A stretch of DNA of 64,000 nucleotides, from assembly GCA_047617305.1 (NCBI GenBank), contig JBLGCL010000001.1, forward strand, positions 5,936 through 69,935, written 5' to 3'. Of the stretch, positions 51,588 to 62,990 are shown in pieces (the stretch's first letter is position 1; the number at the start of each line of letters is the position of its first letter). This stretch comes from Natronomonas sp. GTDB lineage: Archaea; Halobacteriota; Halobacteria; Halobacteriales; Natrialbaceae. Position numbers and translations under genes: made by a program. The notes under the pieces are model-generated. The model was given only the letters and a program-made list of their open reading frames with translations. It searched no databases and was not told the DNA's origin.

Positions 51588-51593
51588 TTATAA
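51588..51593 (+). promoter_or_regulatory. TATA box (TTATAA) 31 nt upstream of the ATG at 51619
   Basis: GGAACTCTTATAAGGCATC is preceded by the hairpin/palindrome CCTGTA-N9-TACAGG at 51562-51582. Confidence 0.5.
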
Positions 51594-51618
51594 GGCATCT
51601 GGATCAACTTCGCCGCGT

Positions 51619-51786
51619 ATGGCAGACCTCATCGTCAAAGCCGCGGTCAAGGAAGCGCTGGATGACAAGAACGTCGCGTCGGACTTCTACGACGCACTGG
51701 ACGAGGAAGTCGCCGAACTCCTCGAGGACGCGGCCCGCCGCGCGGAAGCGAACGACCGGAAGACGGTCCAGCCCCGCGACCTGTAA
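51619..51786 (+). CDS. DUF1931-like small histone-fold-type protein (55 aa)
   Basis: Too short for the ORF track. Manual translation gives MADLIVKAAVKEALDDKNVASDFYDALDEEVAELLEDAARRAEANDRKTVQPRDL followed by TAA. Confidence 0.72.
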   Translation: MADLIVKAAVKEALDDKNVASDFYDALDEEVAELLEDAARRAEANDRKTVQPRDL

Positions 51787-51876
51787 GGCCTTACAGCGCG
51801 GCCTCCATTTCTTCGCCCGTCGACCGAGGAGCGGCGGGACCGGATCGATCCGGGCGACGCCCGGCGCGTCGTCCGT

Positions 51877-52566
51877 TCAGTCGTACGTCTCCACCTCGAC
51901 GCCGTCCTCGGTACCGGCGTAGACGGCGTCGGCGAGATCGACGAACAGCCCGTGGGCGACCACGCCCGGCATCGAGGCGAGCGTCCGCGAGAGGGACCCG
52001 GCATCCTCGATCCGACCGAAATCACAGTCCAGGACGAGGTTGCCGTTGTCGGTGACGACGGGGCCGTCCTTGCGCTCGGCGGCGCGGAGCGCGGGCTCGC
52101 CGCCGACCGCCGAGACGCGTCGTTCGACGAGGGAACGGGCGTCCGGCAACGCCTCGACCGGTACGGGGAGTGACAGCGTCTCGGCTCGCTTCGAAGGATC
52201 CACGACGATCAGCAACCGGTCGGCGCTCGCGTCGACGACCTTCTCGCGGGCGTGGGCCGCGCCGCCGCCCTTGATCAGTTGTCTCCCGGCGACCTGGTCC
52301 GCGCCGTCGATGGCCAGGTCGACGCCGTCCGCCTCGTCGAGCGACGTCAGCGGGACGCCGGACTCGATCGCCAGTCGCCGCGACTGGTAGGAGGTCGGAA
52401 TCCCGCGCACGTCGACCCCCGCGTCCACCTGGCGGCCGATCGCCCGGATCGCGTGGGCCGCGGTGCTGCCGGTGCCGAGTCCCACGACCATGCCGTCCCC
52501 GATCGCCTCGGCCGCCGCTTCCCCAGCCCGCCGCTTCCCTTCGTCGGTGCCTTCGGACGATTTCAT
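51877..52566 (-). CDS. rpiA: ribose-5-phosphate isomerase A
   Basis: Lies within ORF 51877..52665. The internal ATG (cat at 52564-52566) gives MKSSEGTDEGKRRAGEAAAEAI. Then GLGTGSTAAHAI, AIDGADQV and LIKGGGAAHAREKVV. Confidence 0.92.
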   Translation of the reverse strand: MKSSEGTDEGKRRAGEAAAEAIGDGMVVGLGTGSTAAHAIRAIGRQVDAGVDVRGIPTSYQSRRLAIESGVPLTSLDEADGVDLAIDGADQVAGRQLIKGGGAAHAREKVVDASADRLLIVVDPSKRAETLSLPVPVEALPDARSLVERRVSAVGGEPALRAAERKDGPVVTDNGNLVLDCDFGRIEDAGSLSRTLASMPGVVAHGLFVDLADAVYAGTEDGVEVETYD

Positions 52567-52664
52567 GGAGGGGTATCCGTGCGGCGAGGGTTTGAATGTC
52601 CGGGTCGCCGATGCCGAACCGGTTGCGCGGAACATATTTGTCTGCCCAAACTGTAAATCCATCA

Positions 52665-53395
<731 letters not shown>

Positions 53396-53399
<4 letters not shown>

Positions 53400-54607
53400 A
53401 ACCGCTCCAGAGCCTCCGGATGAGTTGGCGGGCGATCCGCGGACATCCGCTGCGCTCGATCCTGACCGTCCTCGGCGTCGTCATCGGCGTCGCTGCCGTC
53501 ATCACCTTCGTTACCCTCGGCGCCAGCCTCCAGGAGGACATCCTCGTGGAGGTGGGTAGCGATGAGACAAGCAACATCTACGTCAACGCCGGCCCCGAGG
53601 GGACCGACCAGGGCGGCCCGGGCTTCGGTGCTCAACCCGTGTTCACGAGCCGAGACGTCGACGCAGTCGGCGACCTCGAAGGCGTCGAGAGCGTGACACC
53701 CTACACCATCTGGCTCACGGAAGCCATACAGTACCGTGGACAGACCGTGACCCGGCAAGACGCGCTCCGGGTGACCGCACCGACGTACCTCGCCAACGAG
53801 GAGTTCGCCGCGGGCCGCGCCTTCGAGGCCGGCACCGACGAGGCCGTTCTGACGCCGGGCGCCGCCGCGATGTTCGAGACGAACGTCACCGTCGGCGACA
53901 CGATCACCGTCGACGCCGCCGGCGAATCGAGTAACCTGACGGTCGTGGGGGTCCTGGCGTCCGACGAGAGCCTGAGTCCGGCCGAGGGTTTCTCGACGTC
54001 GCCGCGGATCTACGCCTCGCCGGGTGTCGTCGGCGCGTCGAGGTTCCTGTTCCTGATCGTCGACGCCGGCGATCCAACCAACGTGGACACCGCCAAAGAG
54101 AACACCCTCGCGTATCTGAACAACGAGTCGGACGCCAGGAACTCGCTCCCCGCGGACTACGGCTTCCAGCTCCAGACCGCCGAGGACCTCCTCGGCCAGA
54201 TCCGGGAGATCCTCGACCTCCTCACCGGGTTCGTCACGGGGATCGCGCTCATCTCGCTGGTCGTGGGCGCGATCGGCATCGCGAACATCATGCTGGTGTC
54301 GGTCACCGAGCGCACCCGCGAAATCGGCATCATGAAGGCCGTCGGCGCCCAGAACCGCGACGTCCTCCAGTTGTTCCTCACCGAGGCCGTGATCCTCGGC
54401 GTCGTCGGAGCGATCCTCGGGACCGTCCTCGGTGCCGGCGTGGGCTACGCCGCGACGGAAGTGATCGGCATCGAGACGTACGTCTTCCCGTCGTTCTGGG
54501 CGGGCGTGGCCGTGCTCGTCGGCGTCGTCGTCGGCGTCGTCGCCGGGCTGTACCCGGCGTGGAACGCCGCGAAGACCGACCCGATCGACGCCCTCCGGTA
54601 CGAGTAG
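53396..54607 (+). CDS. ABC transporter permease (FtsX/MacB-type), copy 1
   Basis: ORF 53396..54607 has a 4-nt overlap with the ATPase gene. It has an N-terminal TM, a large extracytoplasmic domain, and a C-terminal FtsX domain (NIMLVSVTERTREIGIMKAVGA). Confidence 0.9.
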
Positions 54608-54674
54608 CTCGTTCGGTATCGCGGGACGTCACGCTCTCGACACCCTTTTGGCGTCGGTCCCGCAGCCATCGAAC

Positions 54675-55426
<752 letters not shown>

Positions 55427-55430
<4 letters not shown>

Positions 55431-56671
55431 GGCTCCGCCAGAGTCTCCGGATGAGTTTGCGAGCGATCACGGGCCATCGCCTGCGCTCGGGCCTGACCGT
55501 CCTCGGCGTCGTCATCGGCGTCGCCGCCGTCATCACCTTCGTCACGCTCGGGGCGAGCGTCCGGGCCGGAGTCGTCGGCGACCTCAGCCTCGACGACGAG
55601 GGGACCGTCTACGCCTGGGCGGCACCGGCGAACCGGACCGACAGCAATCCAGCCGCCACCGCGAAGGCGGTGTTCACCCGCCGGGACGCCGCCGAGATCG
55701 AGTCCCTGTCGTCGGTCGAGGAGGCCCACGCCTATTCCCTGTTGTTCGCCCAGGCGGTGGGACACGACGACACGGTCCGGCCGCTGTCCGGAAACGTCGT
55801 CGCGTCCGGCGACGGGTTTCTCCGACCCGACGAGATCGAGCGTGGGCGTCATTATCGCGAGGGGGAGTTCGAAGCCGTACTCAATCCGTCCGCAGCCGCG
55901 CTGTTCGAGGGGAACGTCACCGTCGGCGAGAACGTGACACTCGTGCTGGCCTTCGGGCAGGAAATCGAGGCGACCGTCGTCGGGATCCTGAACGACGACG
56001 ACCCTCGGAGTCCGATCGAGGGCTTCAGGGACCAGCCCCGTCTCTACGTGCCGATCGATCCCTACTACGAACTGACGGCCGCCGGCGTCGAGGAGGGCGA
56101 GGCCCGGTTCGGCGGGATCGTCGTCGAGGCGGCCCCGGGGAAAGTCGACCAGGCGAAGGCCGACGCACGGGCCTACCTCGAGAGCGACGCCTCCGACGCC
56201 GGCGAGCGCGACGAGGGCGTGACCTTCATGCTGGACACCAGCGACGAGTTGATCGGTCGCCTCGACGCCATCCTCGACACGCTCACCGGGTTCGTGACCG
56301 CCGTCGCGCTGGTTTCGCTGGTGGTCGGCGCCGTCGGCATCGCCAACATCATGCTCGTCTCCGTCACCGAGCGAACCCGCGACATCGGCATCATGAAGGC
56401 CGTCGGCGCGGAAAACCGCGACGTCCTCCAGTTGTTTCTCACCGAGGCCGCGATCCTCGGCGTCGTCGGCGCAGCCGTCGGGACGGTCGTCGGACTCGCC
56501 GGAGGGTGGGCCGTGACCGAAGCCTTCGTCCCGCGGGTCCCGGTGGTTTATCCCCTGCAGTGGCCGATCGTCGCGATCGTCCTCGGCGTCGTGGTGGGCG
56601 TCCTGGCCGGACTCTACCCAGCCTGGCGGGCCGCCAGGATCGACCCGATCGACGCGCTCCGCTACGAGTAG
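55427..56671 (+). CDS. ABC transporter permease (FtsX/MacB-type), copy 2
   Basis: ORF 55427..56671 has a 4-nt overlap with the ATPase gene and the same architecture as copy 1. The extracytoplasmic domain has diverged, while the TM and FtsX parts are nearly identical. Confidence 0.9.
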
Positions 56672-56692
56672 CGCTGGCGACGGCCGGCGCGA

Positions 56693-57550
56693 TCACTCCT
56701 CGTCCGCGAACGACCGACGCACCGCGGCCGCGACGGCCGTGCGGAAGGCTCGTCGGTTCTCGTCCGCGAGACGGTCGACCCGGTGGCCCTCCTCGCGATG
56801 AATCCCTTCCAGCAGTCGTTCGACGACCGCCTCGGGGCTGGCCTGTCCCCCACTCGTCTCGATGCGCTCCCGTGCGCGGTCGATCCGGCGATCGGTCGTC
56901 ACCTCGCGAGCGAGCGCTTCCGAGTCCGGAGACGTCCCGTCGTCACCAGCGGCGTCCACTTCCCGATCCTCGCCACCGACCACCACCGGGTTCGAAATGA
57001 GCCCTCGGTCGCCGGTTTTGTTCCGAACCACGATCCCCGCTACAGGACCGTCGTACCACTTCGATTCGGGGAACGGGGAGTCCTCGGGATCGAAATCGGT
57101 CGCCCGCACCTCCTTGCGAACGGCGTTGATCGGCGTGAGGCCGAGGCCCTCGTAGATCGCCTCGACCCGATCCGGCGGGAGGAACCGGCCCTCGGCGGCC
57201 AGCCACACGTCGTACCCCAGGAACGGCGGGACGCGATCCCAGTCGTAATCGACCCGTTCGCGGACGGTGGCGACCCCGAGGAAGGCGACCGCTTCGACGT
57301 CCTCCACGGCGTCCCGGAGGGCGCCCCGATCGAGCTCTTCCCGGAGGTGGCGAACCGTGGCCCGATACGGCGGCGGAACGTCCCCCGGGTCGAAACGGCG
57401 GTGGCCGTCGCCCACCTCGAGGACGCCGGAGTCCCGCAGTCTGAACCGACAGGGGCGACCGTCGACCCACTCCTGGAGCCAGAGGTGGCCAGTCAGGAGG
57501 CGATCGGTCGGGGCGTCTCGAAGGCGTGGGATTGGCGGTGCGTCGTTCAC
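56693..57550 (-). CDS. covalent-nucleotidyltransferase (ATP-dependent RNA/DNA-ligase-like) fold protein with substituted catalytic motifs
   Basis: ORF 56693..57550 (285 aa), with acidic composition and clean codon bias. LQEWVDGRPCRFRL looks like ligase motif I (KxDGxR) with W in place of K. FLGVATV sits where motif III (GE) is expected. AGIVVRNKTGDRG sits where motif IV (EGxVxK) is expected. Confidence 0.65.
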   Translation of the reverse strand: MNDAPPIPRLRDAPTDRLLTGHLWLQEWVDGRPCRFRLRDSGVLEVGDGHRRFDPGDVPPPYRATVRHLREELDRGALRDAVEDVEAVAFLGVATVRERVDYDWDRVPPFLGYDVWLAAEGRFLPPDRVEAIYEGLGLTPINAVRKEVRATDFDPEDSPFPESKWYDGPVAGIVVRNKTGDRGLISNPVVVGGEDREVDAAGDDGTSPDSEALAREVTTDRRIDRARERIETSGGQASPEAVVERLLEGIHREEGHRVDRLADENRRAFRTAVAAAVRRSFADEE

Positions 57551-57660
57551 TGGAGATCACGACCCGGATCCGGGAGCGTCACCCGACGCTTCGGCGGCCA
57601 GCCAGGAAACCGTTGCGTCCGGGAGTCCGGGACGCCGCTGATCCCGAACCCACCCCAGGG

Positions 57661-57666
57661 TTTAAC
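57661..57666 (+). promoter_or_regulatory. TATA-like box (TTTAAC) 28 nt upstream of the ATG at 57689
   Basis: CCAGGGTTTAACCGCT. The spacing is consistent with a leaderless SDR transcript. Confidence 0.45.
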
Positions 57667-57688
57667 CGCTCATCGTCCAACCGGAGGT

Positions 57689-58396
57689 ATGTCACAGGTT
57701 GCCGTGATCGCCGGCGTGGGGCCGGGACTTGGGGAGTCGATCGCCAGGAAGTTCGCGGACGAAGGGCTCGAGCTCGCACTGCTCGCCCGGACCGAATCCT
57801 ACATCGAGACGCTCGCCGAGGACCTCCCGACCCGGGCCGCCGCGGTCCCGACCGACCTGGCGGACGCCGACGACGTCGACGCCGCGTTCGTGACGGTGCA
57901 GGAGGAACTGGGCCCCGTCGACGTCCTCGTGAACCACGCCAGCAGCGCCGCCTGGTCCGGAATCCGTGACGGGACGGCCGAGACCTTCGAGCGGGCGTGG
58001 CGGGTGGCCGTCCGCGGGGGGTACGCCTGCTCGGCCGCCGTCGTCGACGGGATGGTCGAGCGGGGCGAGGGGACGATCGTCTTCACCGGCGCGACCTCGG
58101 GGGTCCGGGGACGGGCCGGCGCCGTCGGGTTCGCGAGCGCCAAGTTCGGCGTCCGTGGCCTCGCCCAGTCGATGGCCAAGGAACTCGGCTCCGAGGGCGT
58201 GCAGGTCGCCCACGTGGTCATCGACGGGCAGATTCGAACGCCGACGCCGGTCGAGTCGACGAATCGCGGCCCGGAGACCTTTCTCGATCCGGACGACCTC
58301 GCGGAAGTGTACTGGAACCTCGTCGAACAGGACGTCGTCACGATGACGTTCGAGGTCCACGTCACGAACGGCCATCGGGAGATCGAGTTCCTGTGA
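57689..58396 (+). CDS. SDR-family oxidoreductase
   Basis: Lies within ORF 56783..58396. The ATG at 57689 gives MSQVAVIAGVGPGLGESIARKF (cofactor loop). Then NHAS and the active-site-like FASAKFGVRGLAQSMAKEL. Confidence 0.9.
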   Translation: MSQVAVIAGVGPGLGESIARKFADEGLELALLARTESYIETLAEDLPTRAAAVPTDLADADDVDAAFVTVQEELGPVDVLVNHASSAAWSGIRDGTAETFERAWRVAVRGGYACSAAVVDGMVERGEGTIVFTGATSGVRGRAGAVGFASAKFGVRGLAQSMAKELGSEGVQVAHVVIDGQIRTPTPVESTNRGPETFLDPDDLAEVYWNLVEQDVVTMTFEVHVTNGHREIEFL

Positions 58397-58434
58397 TCGG
58401 CCGGTCGGCGGCGGGGTCGTGACGGTCCGGACGA

Positions 58435-59349
58435 TCACCTCTCGAAGAGGTCCGTCGAGAGGTACCGTTCGCCGGAGTCGGGCAACACGACGACCACCAG
58501 GTCGTCCTCGTGTTCGGGGGCGGTCGCGACCCGTTCGGCCGCGGCCAGCGCCGCGCCCGAGGAGATCCCGACCAGCAAGCCCGCCTCGCTCGCGAGGCGG
58601 CGGGTCGCTCGCCTCGCCTCGTCGTCCGTGACGGTCTCGACCTCGTCGATCAACTCCTCGCGGAGGATGTCGGGGACGAACCCGGCGCCGATGCCCTGGA
58701 TATCGTGGCTGTCGGGGTCGTCGCCGGAGAGAACCGCGGACGCCGCCGGTTCGACCGCGACCGAGATGAGGTCCGCGCCCTTCTCCTCCTTGATGTACTC
58801 CGAAACGCCGGTGATCGTCCCGCCGGTGCCGACGCCGGCGACGACGACGTCGACCTGCCCGTCGGTGTCCGCCCAGATCTCGGCCCCCGTCGTCTCCCGG
58901 TGGATTCGGGGGTTGGCCAGGTTCCGGAACTGCTGGGGGACGAACGCGTTCCCCATCTCGTCGGCGAGTTCGTCCGCCCGGTCGATCGCCCCGGCCATCC
59001 CGTCGTCCGCCGGCGTGAGTTCGAGTCGGGCACCGAGCGCGCGGAGCAACGACCGGCGCTCCGCGCTCATCGACTCGGGCATCGTCAGCACGAGGTCGTA
59101 GTCCCGGGCCGCGCAGGCGAACGCGAGGCCGATCCCGGTGTTCCCGCTCGTCGGCTCGACGATCGTCGTGTCCGCGTCGACGTGCCCGTCGTCCTCGGCG
59201 GCGTCGAGCATCGCGACCGCGATCCGGTCCTTGATCGACGACAGCGGGTTCGTCGACTCGACCTTCCCGGCCAGGTTCGGCGCGAACGAGTCCAGTCGAA
59301 CGAGGGGCGTCTCTCCGATCAGTTCCGTGGCGTCGTCGGCGACGTTCAT
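58435..59349 (-). CDS. cysK: cysteine synthase A (O-acetylserine sulfhydrylase)
   Basis: Lies within ORF 58435..60045. The internal ATG (cat at 59347-59349) gives [19 protein letters not shown]. Then NPLSSIKDR (the PLP lysine), [12 protein letters not shown] and [10 protein letters not shown]. Confidence 0.92.
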   Translation of the reverse strand: MNVADDATELIGETPLVRLDSFAPNLAGKVESTNPLSSIKDRIAVAMLDAAEDDGHVDADTTIVEPTSGNTGIGLAFACAARDYDLVLTMPESMSAERRSLLRALGARLELTPADDGMAGAIDRADELADEMGNAFVPQQFRNLANPRIHRETTGAEIWADTDGQVDVVVAGVGTGGTITGVSEYIKEEKGADLISVAVEPAASAVLSGDDPDSHDIQGIGAGFVPDILREELIDEVETVTDDEARRATRRLASEAGLLVGISSGAALAAAERVATAPEHEDDLVVVVLPDSGERYLSTDLFER

Positions 59350-59469
59350 TTTGGGCAGCCTAAAATCCTGGCGGTGCACGGATAAACGGTCGGCGGGATT
59401 CCAGCAACTGGGAACGACAGCGACGGCGGATCCGAACGCTTCTTTCCCTCCCGTTCCAACCGACGATCG

Positions 59470-60786
59470 ATGAACGGTTTCGTCGTCGCCGGCACGCGTT
59501 CGGGCGTCGGGAAGACCGTCGCCACCCTGGCCGCCATCCGCGCGCTCCAGCGCGAGGGACGGACCGTCCAGCCCGCGAAGGCCGGGCCGGACTTCATCGA
59601 CCCCTCCCACCACGCGGTCGTGGCCGACCGCCCGTCGCGGACGCTCGATCCCTGGCTGGAAGGCCGGGACGGGACCCGCCGGAACTACTGGCGCGGCGAG
59701 GGCGACGCCTGCGTCGTCGAGGGCGTCATGGGGCTGTACGACGGCGAGGTCGCCTCGACCGCGCGGGTGGCGGCGACGCTCGACCTCCCCGTCGTTCTGG
59801 TCGTCGACGCGAGCGCCGGCATGGAGAGCGTGGCCGCGACGGCACTGGGGTTCCGGGAGTACGCGAACGCGGTCGAGGACGAGGCCGAACGGGACGTCGA
59901 CGTCGCCGGCGTGATCGCCCAGCAGGCCCACGGCGGCCGTCACGAGTCCGGGATTCGGGACGCCCTCCCCGAAGAGTTGACCTACTTCGGCCGGATCCCA
60001 CCGCGGGACGATCTCGAGATCCCGGACCGGCACCTGGGACTCCACATGGGCGACGAGACGCCCCTCGACGAGGACGCCCTCGACGCTGCCACCGAGGAAC
60101 TCGGGGTCGATCGTCTTCTCGATATCGCTCGAGAACCACCGAAACCGGAATCTGCCGATTCGACCTCACCGTCGAACACCGACGCCCGGATCGCGGTCGC
60201 CCGCGACGACGCCTTCCGGTTCGTCTACCCGGCAACCATGGAACGCCTCGAGGCGTTGGGCGACATCGTCACGTTCGCCCCGACGGCCGGCGACGACCTC
60301 CCGGACTGCGACGGCCTCTACCTGCCCGGCGGCTATCCCGAACTCCACGCCGCGGACCTGGCCGAGAGCTCCGCCCTCGATACCCTCGCCACCCGGGCCG
60401 CCGAGGGCCTCCCGATCCTGGGGGAGTGCGGCGGCCTGATGGCCCTGACCGAGTCGCTGACGACCGCCGACGGGGGAACCCACGAGATGGCGGGGGTCCT
60501 CCCGGCCAGCGTGGAGATGCACGAGCGCCCTCAGGCCATCGACCACGTCGAACTCCGGGCGCGCGAACCGACGCTCACCGCCAGCGATGGCGAATCGATC
60601 CGGGGGCACGAGTTCCACTACTCGCGGGCCGACGTGGCGGGCGACGGCCGTTTCGCCTTCGAGACCGAGCGCGGTGACGGGATCGACGGCAACCACGACG
60701 GCCTCACGGAGTACCGGACGCTGGGTACCTACGCCCACGTGCACGCCGAGAGCGGGGCGTTCGACCGGTTCCTCGAGTCGCTCTGA
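59470..60786 (+). CDS. cbiA: cobyrinate a,c-diamide synthase
   Basis: ORF 59470..60786. P-loop GTRSGVGKT, then [20 protein letters not shown], and the C-terminal GATase region LPGGYPE...GECGGLM...GHEFHYS. Confidence 0.9.
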   Translation: MNGFVVAGTRSGVGKTVATLAAIRALQREGRTVQPAKAGPDFIDPSHHAVVADRPSRTLDPWLEGRDGTRRNYWRGEGDACVVEGVMGLYDGEVASTARVAATLDLPVVLVVDASAGMESVAATALGFREYANAVEDEAERDVDVAGVIAQQAHGGRHESGIRDALPEELTYFGRIPPRDDLEIPDRHLGLHMGDETPLDEDALDAATEELGVDRLLDIAREPPKPESADSTSPSNTDARIAVARDDAFRFVYPATMERLEALGDIVTFAPTAGDDLPDCDGLYLPGGYPELHAADLAESSALDTLATRAAEGLPILGECGGLMALTESLTTADGGTHEMAGVLPASVEMHERPQAIDHVELRAREPTLTASDGESIRGHEFHYSRADVAGDGRFAFETERGDGIDGNHDGLTEYRTLGTYAHVHAESGAFDRFLESL

Positions 60787-60803
60787 CGGGTGACCGGAGC
60801 CCC

Positions 60804-60938
60804 TCACCCGGCCGGACGGTCGCCGCCGAGCCAGCCGTTGCCTCGCAGGAGCACGTACACCTCGTACGCGAACACGCCGAGCGCAAGGAGCACGGCACCC
60901 CAGATAACGATCCCGAACGCGATCGGGCCAAGAGTCAC
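60804..60938 (-). CDS. small single-TM protein (44 aa) translationally coupled to the upstream symporter gene
   Basis: Too short for the ORF track. The GTG at 60936-60938 overlaps the TGA of the symporter (GTGA). Translation gives (M)TLGPIAFGIVIWGAVLLALGVFAYEVYVLLRGNGWLGGDRPAG followed by a stop (tca at 60804-60806). Confidence 0.42.
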   Translation of the reverse strand: MTLGPIAFGIVIWGAVLLALGVFAYEVYVLLRGNGWLGGDRPAG

Positions 60939-62512
60939 GGGCGATCACCTCCGTCGGCGTCCTCGTCCCCGCTTGCGTGCCGGTCGGACTCGCCCGGCCC
61001 GCCGTCCGCCCGGGCGGCGTCGTCGAGGCTGCGGATCTCGCTGTCGAGGCGCCCCAGGTCGAACCGCGAGGTCGAGAGCGCGATCGTCACCAGAACGCCG
61101 AGCGTGGAGACGCCCGCGGCGCCGAGGAACGCGATCAGGTTGTCGGCCGGCGGAAGGATGGCAACGCCGGGGAGCCCCGCAACGAACGTCCGAATCCCGC
61201 CGAAGTACGTCACCCCCACGGCGAGCCCCGCCAGCCCCGACACGAGGGCGCCACCACCCGTCACGCGCCGGGAGTACAGTCCCGAGAGGAGCGGCACCAT
61301 CACCGCCGCGCCCAGCAGGTCGGCCAGCAGGAACAGTCGGAGGACGCTCCGGGCGCGGAGGCTCACGTAGATCGCGGCGAGGGCGACGACGACGGTGAGC
61401 GCTCGCGCACCCAGGCGGAGCGTGCGGTCGGTCGGGTCGGCGAGCACGCGTGGGAGGTCGGCGGTGACGACGCTCGCCATCGCGTTGAACAGCGTGTCGG
61501 CGGAACTCATCACCAGCAGGACCGCGAGCAGGGTGATCCCGAGGACGAACGGGTCGGAAAACGCCTCCTCCAGGAGGAGAAAGAGCGCGATGCTGGCGTT
61601 GTAGTCGGCGCTCCCCGCGGCAGTGACCACGTCGACGTGCCCCCTGGCGAGGACGCCGAAGAGGCCCGCGAGGAAGACGATCACCGCGTTGGCGACCGCC
61701 GCGACCCCGAACCCTCGGCGGAGGGTGTCGGCGTCCTCGGCGGCGTAGATGCGCTGCCACCAGGTCTGGTTGACGAGTTCGGCCCCGAGGATGGCGACGG
61801 CCACCCAGACGCCGAAGCGAAGCCCCGCGAAGAACCCGGGGTCGATCAGTGCCGGGTCCTCGGCCACGATGGCGGCGTGAACCGCCCCCGTCCCGCCGAG
61901 GGCGATCACGGCGCCGACGAAGGTGGCGACCAGCAGCGGCAACAGCAGGAGCGTCTGGAGCGTGTCGGTGAAGATGCTCGCCCGGAGGCCGCCGTACCCC
62001 GTGTAGACGAGGACGAACCCGCCGACAAGGACCGCGGTCTGCCAGCGCGGGACGCCCGCGACCAGGTTCAGCGCGCTCGTGATCCCGGTCAACTCGGCCG
62101 CGAGGAAGATGAACATGTAGAACAGGCTCACGATCAGGATGAAGACGTACATCGCGACCCCGTACCGGGCGTAGACGTACTCGGTCAGCGAATGGCCTTC
62201 GGGGATGAGTTCGCGGATCCGCGGCCCGAGTTTCGCGTAGGCGAGCATCGGGAGCGCCTCGCCGATGGCATACCCGGCCACCGCGGCGATGCCGCCGAAG
62301 GCCGCCCCCGCCTCCGGGACGGCGAGGAGGATCCACACGCCCATGACCGAGGCGATCAACGTCGCCGTCGTCATTCCCTGTCCGGCGCTGCCCCGGGCCG
62401 AGATGAAGTCCTCGACGGTCGTGACGCGGCCCCGGGTGTACCAGATCCCCAGGGTCGTGAAGACGGCCAGGGTCAGCGCGGTCAGTCCGAGCGCGACTCC
62501 CCCGCTTACCAC
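60935..62512 (-). CDS. sodium:solute symporter (SSS) family transporter
   Basis: ORF 60935..62512 (GTG start, 525 aa). It has about 13 TM helices, with FISARGSAGQGMTTATL, GYGGLRASIFTDTLQ and an acidic C-terminal tail. Confidence 0.9.
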   Translation of the reverse strand: MVSGGVALGLTALTLAVFTTLGIWYTRGRVTTVEDFISARGSAGQGMTTATLIASVMGVWILLAVPEAGAAFGGIAAVAGYAIGEALPMLAYAKLGPRIRELIPEGHSLTEYVYARYGVAMYVFILIVSLFYMFIFLAAELTGITSALNLVAGVPRWQTAVLVGGFVLVYTGYGGLRASIFTDTLQTLLLLPLLVATFVGAVIALGGTGAVHAAIVAEDPALIDPGFFAGLRFGVWVAVAILGAELVNQTWWQRIYAAEDADTLRRGFGVAAVANAVIVFLAGLFGVLARGHVDVVTAAGSADYNASIALFLLLEEAFSDPFVLGITLLAVLLVMSSADTLFNAMASVVTADLPRVLADPTDRTLRLGARALTVVVALAAIYVSLRARSVLRLFLLADLLGAAVMVPLLSGLYSRRVTGGGALVSGLAGLAVGVTYFGGIRTFVAGLPGVAILPPADNLIAFLGAAGVSTLGVLVTIALSTSRFDLGRLDSEIRSLDDAARADGGPGESDRHASGDEDADGGDRP

Positions 62513-62653
62513 GGTTCAGCACCTCCGTGCATGTTCGAGGGTGCGCGTTCGACGGGCTAAAATCTGGTGATACCATCGGGTAATGACAGCCGGATATTCG
62601 CGGTTCACCGGACGCCGTCCCGGGACCGTGCTCGAGTGTGACGGATCCCCAAC

Positions 62654-62926
62654 GTGACGGACAAACGTCAAGTCGCTCGAGCCGTGATCGGGCCCCGTAT
62701 GGACGAAGTACTCGAACTCGTCGACGTGTTCGCGGACTTCGGGCTCGAAGGAGCGTTCGCGTGGCTCCTGCGACTGATCGGAATGCTCGCGATCCTGGCG
62801 GGCCTCGGCCTCTGGCTGTTCACCGACATGGGGTTGCTCGTCGTCCCGGCCGTCCTGATGGTCGTCGGAGTCGTCCTCCTAGCCGTTCCCCAGATCCTCC
62901 TCGCGTTCGTCGAGCTGGCAGGATAG
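62654..62926 (+). CDS. small hypothetical membrane protein
   Basis: ORF 62654..62926 (GTG start, with an alternative ATG at 62699). It has two hydrophobic helices, LLRLIGMLAILAGLGLWLF and LLVVPAVLMVVGVVLLAVPQILLAFV. Confidence 0.48.
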   Translation: MTDKRQVARAVIGPRMDEVLELVDVFADFGLEGAFAWLLRLIGMLAILAGLGLWLFTDMGLLVVPAVLMVVGVVLLAVPQILLAFVELAG

Positions 62927-62990
62927 CCGGAACTCGATCGACTGAAACCGATCGCGAGAGAACCCGTAGCCGGACCCCACCGACTCCCGG

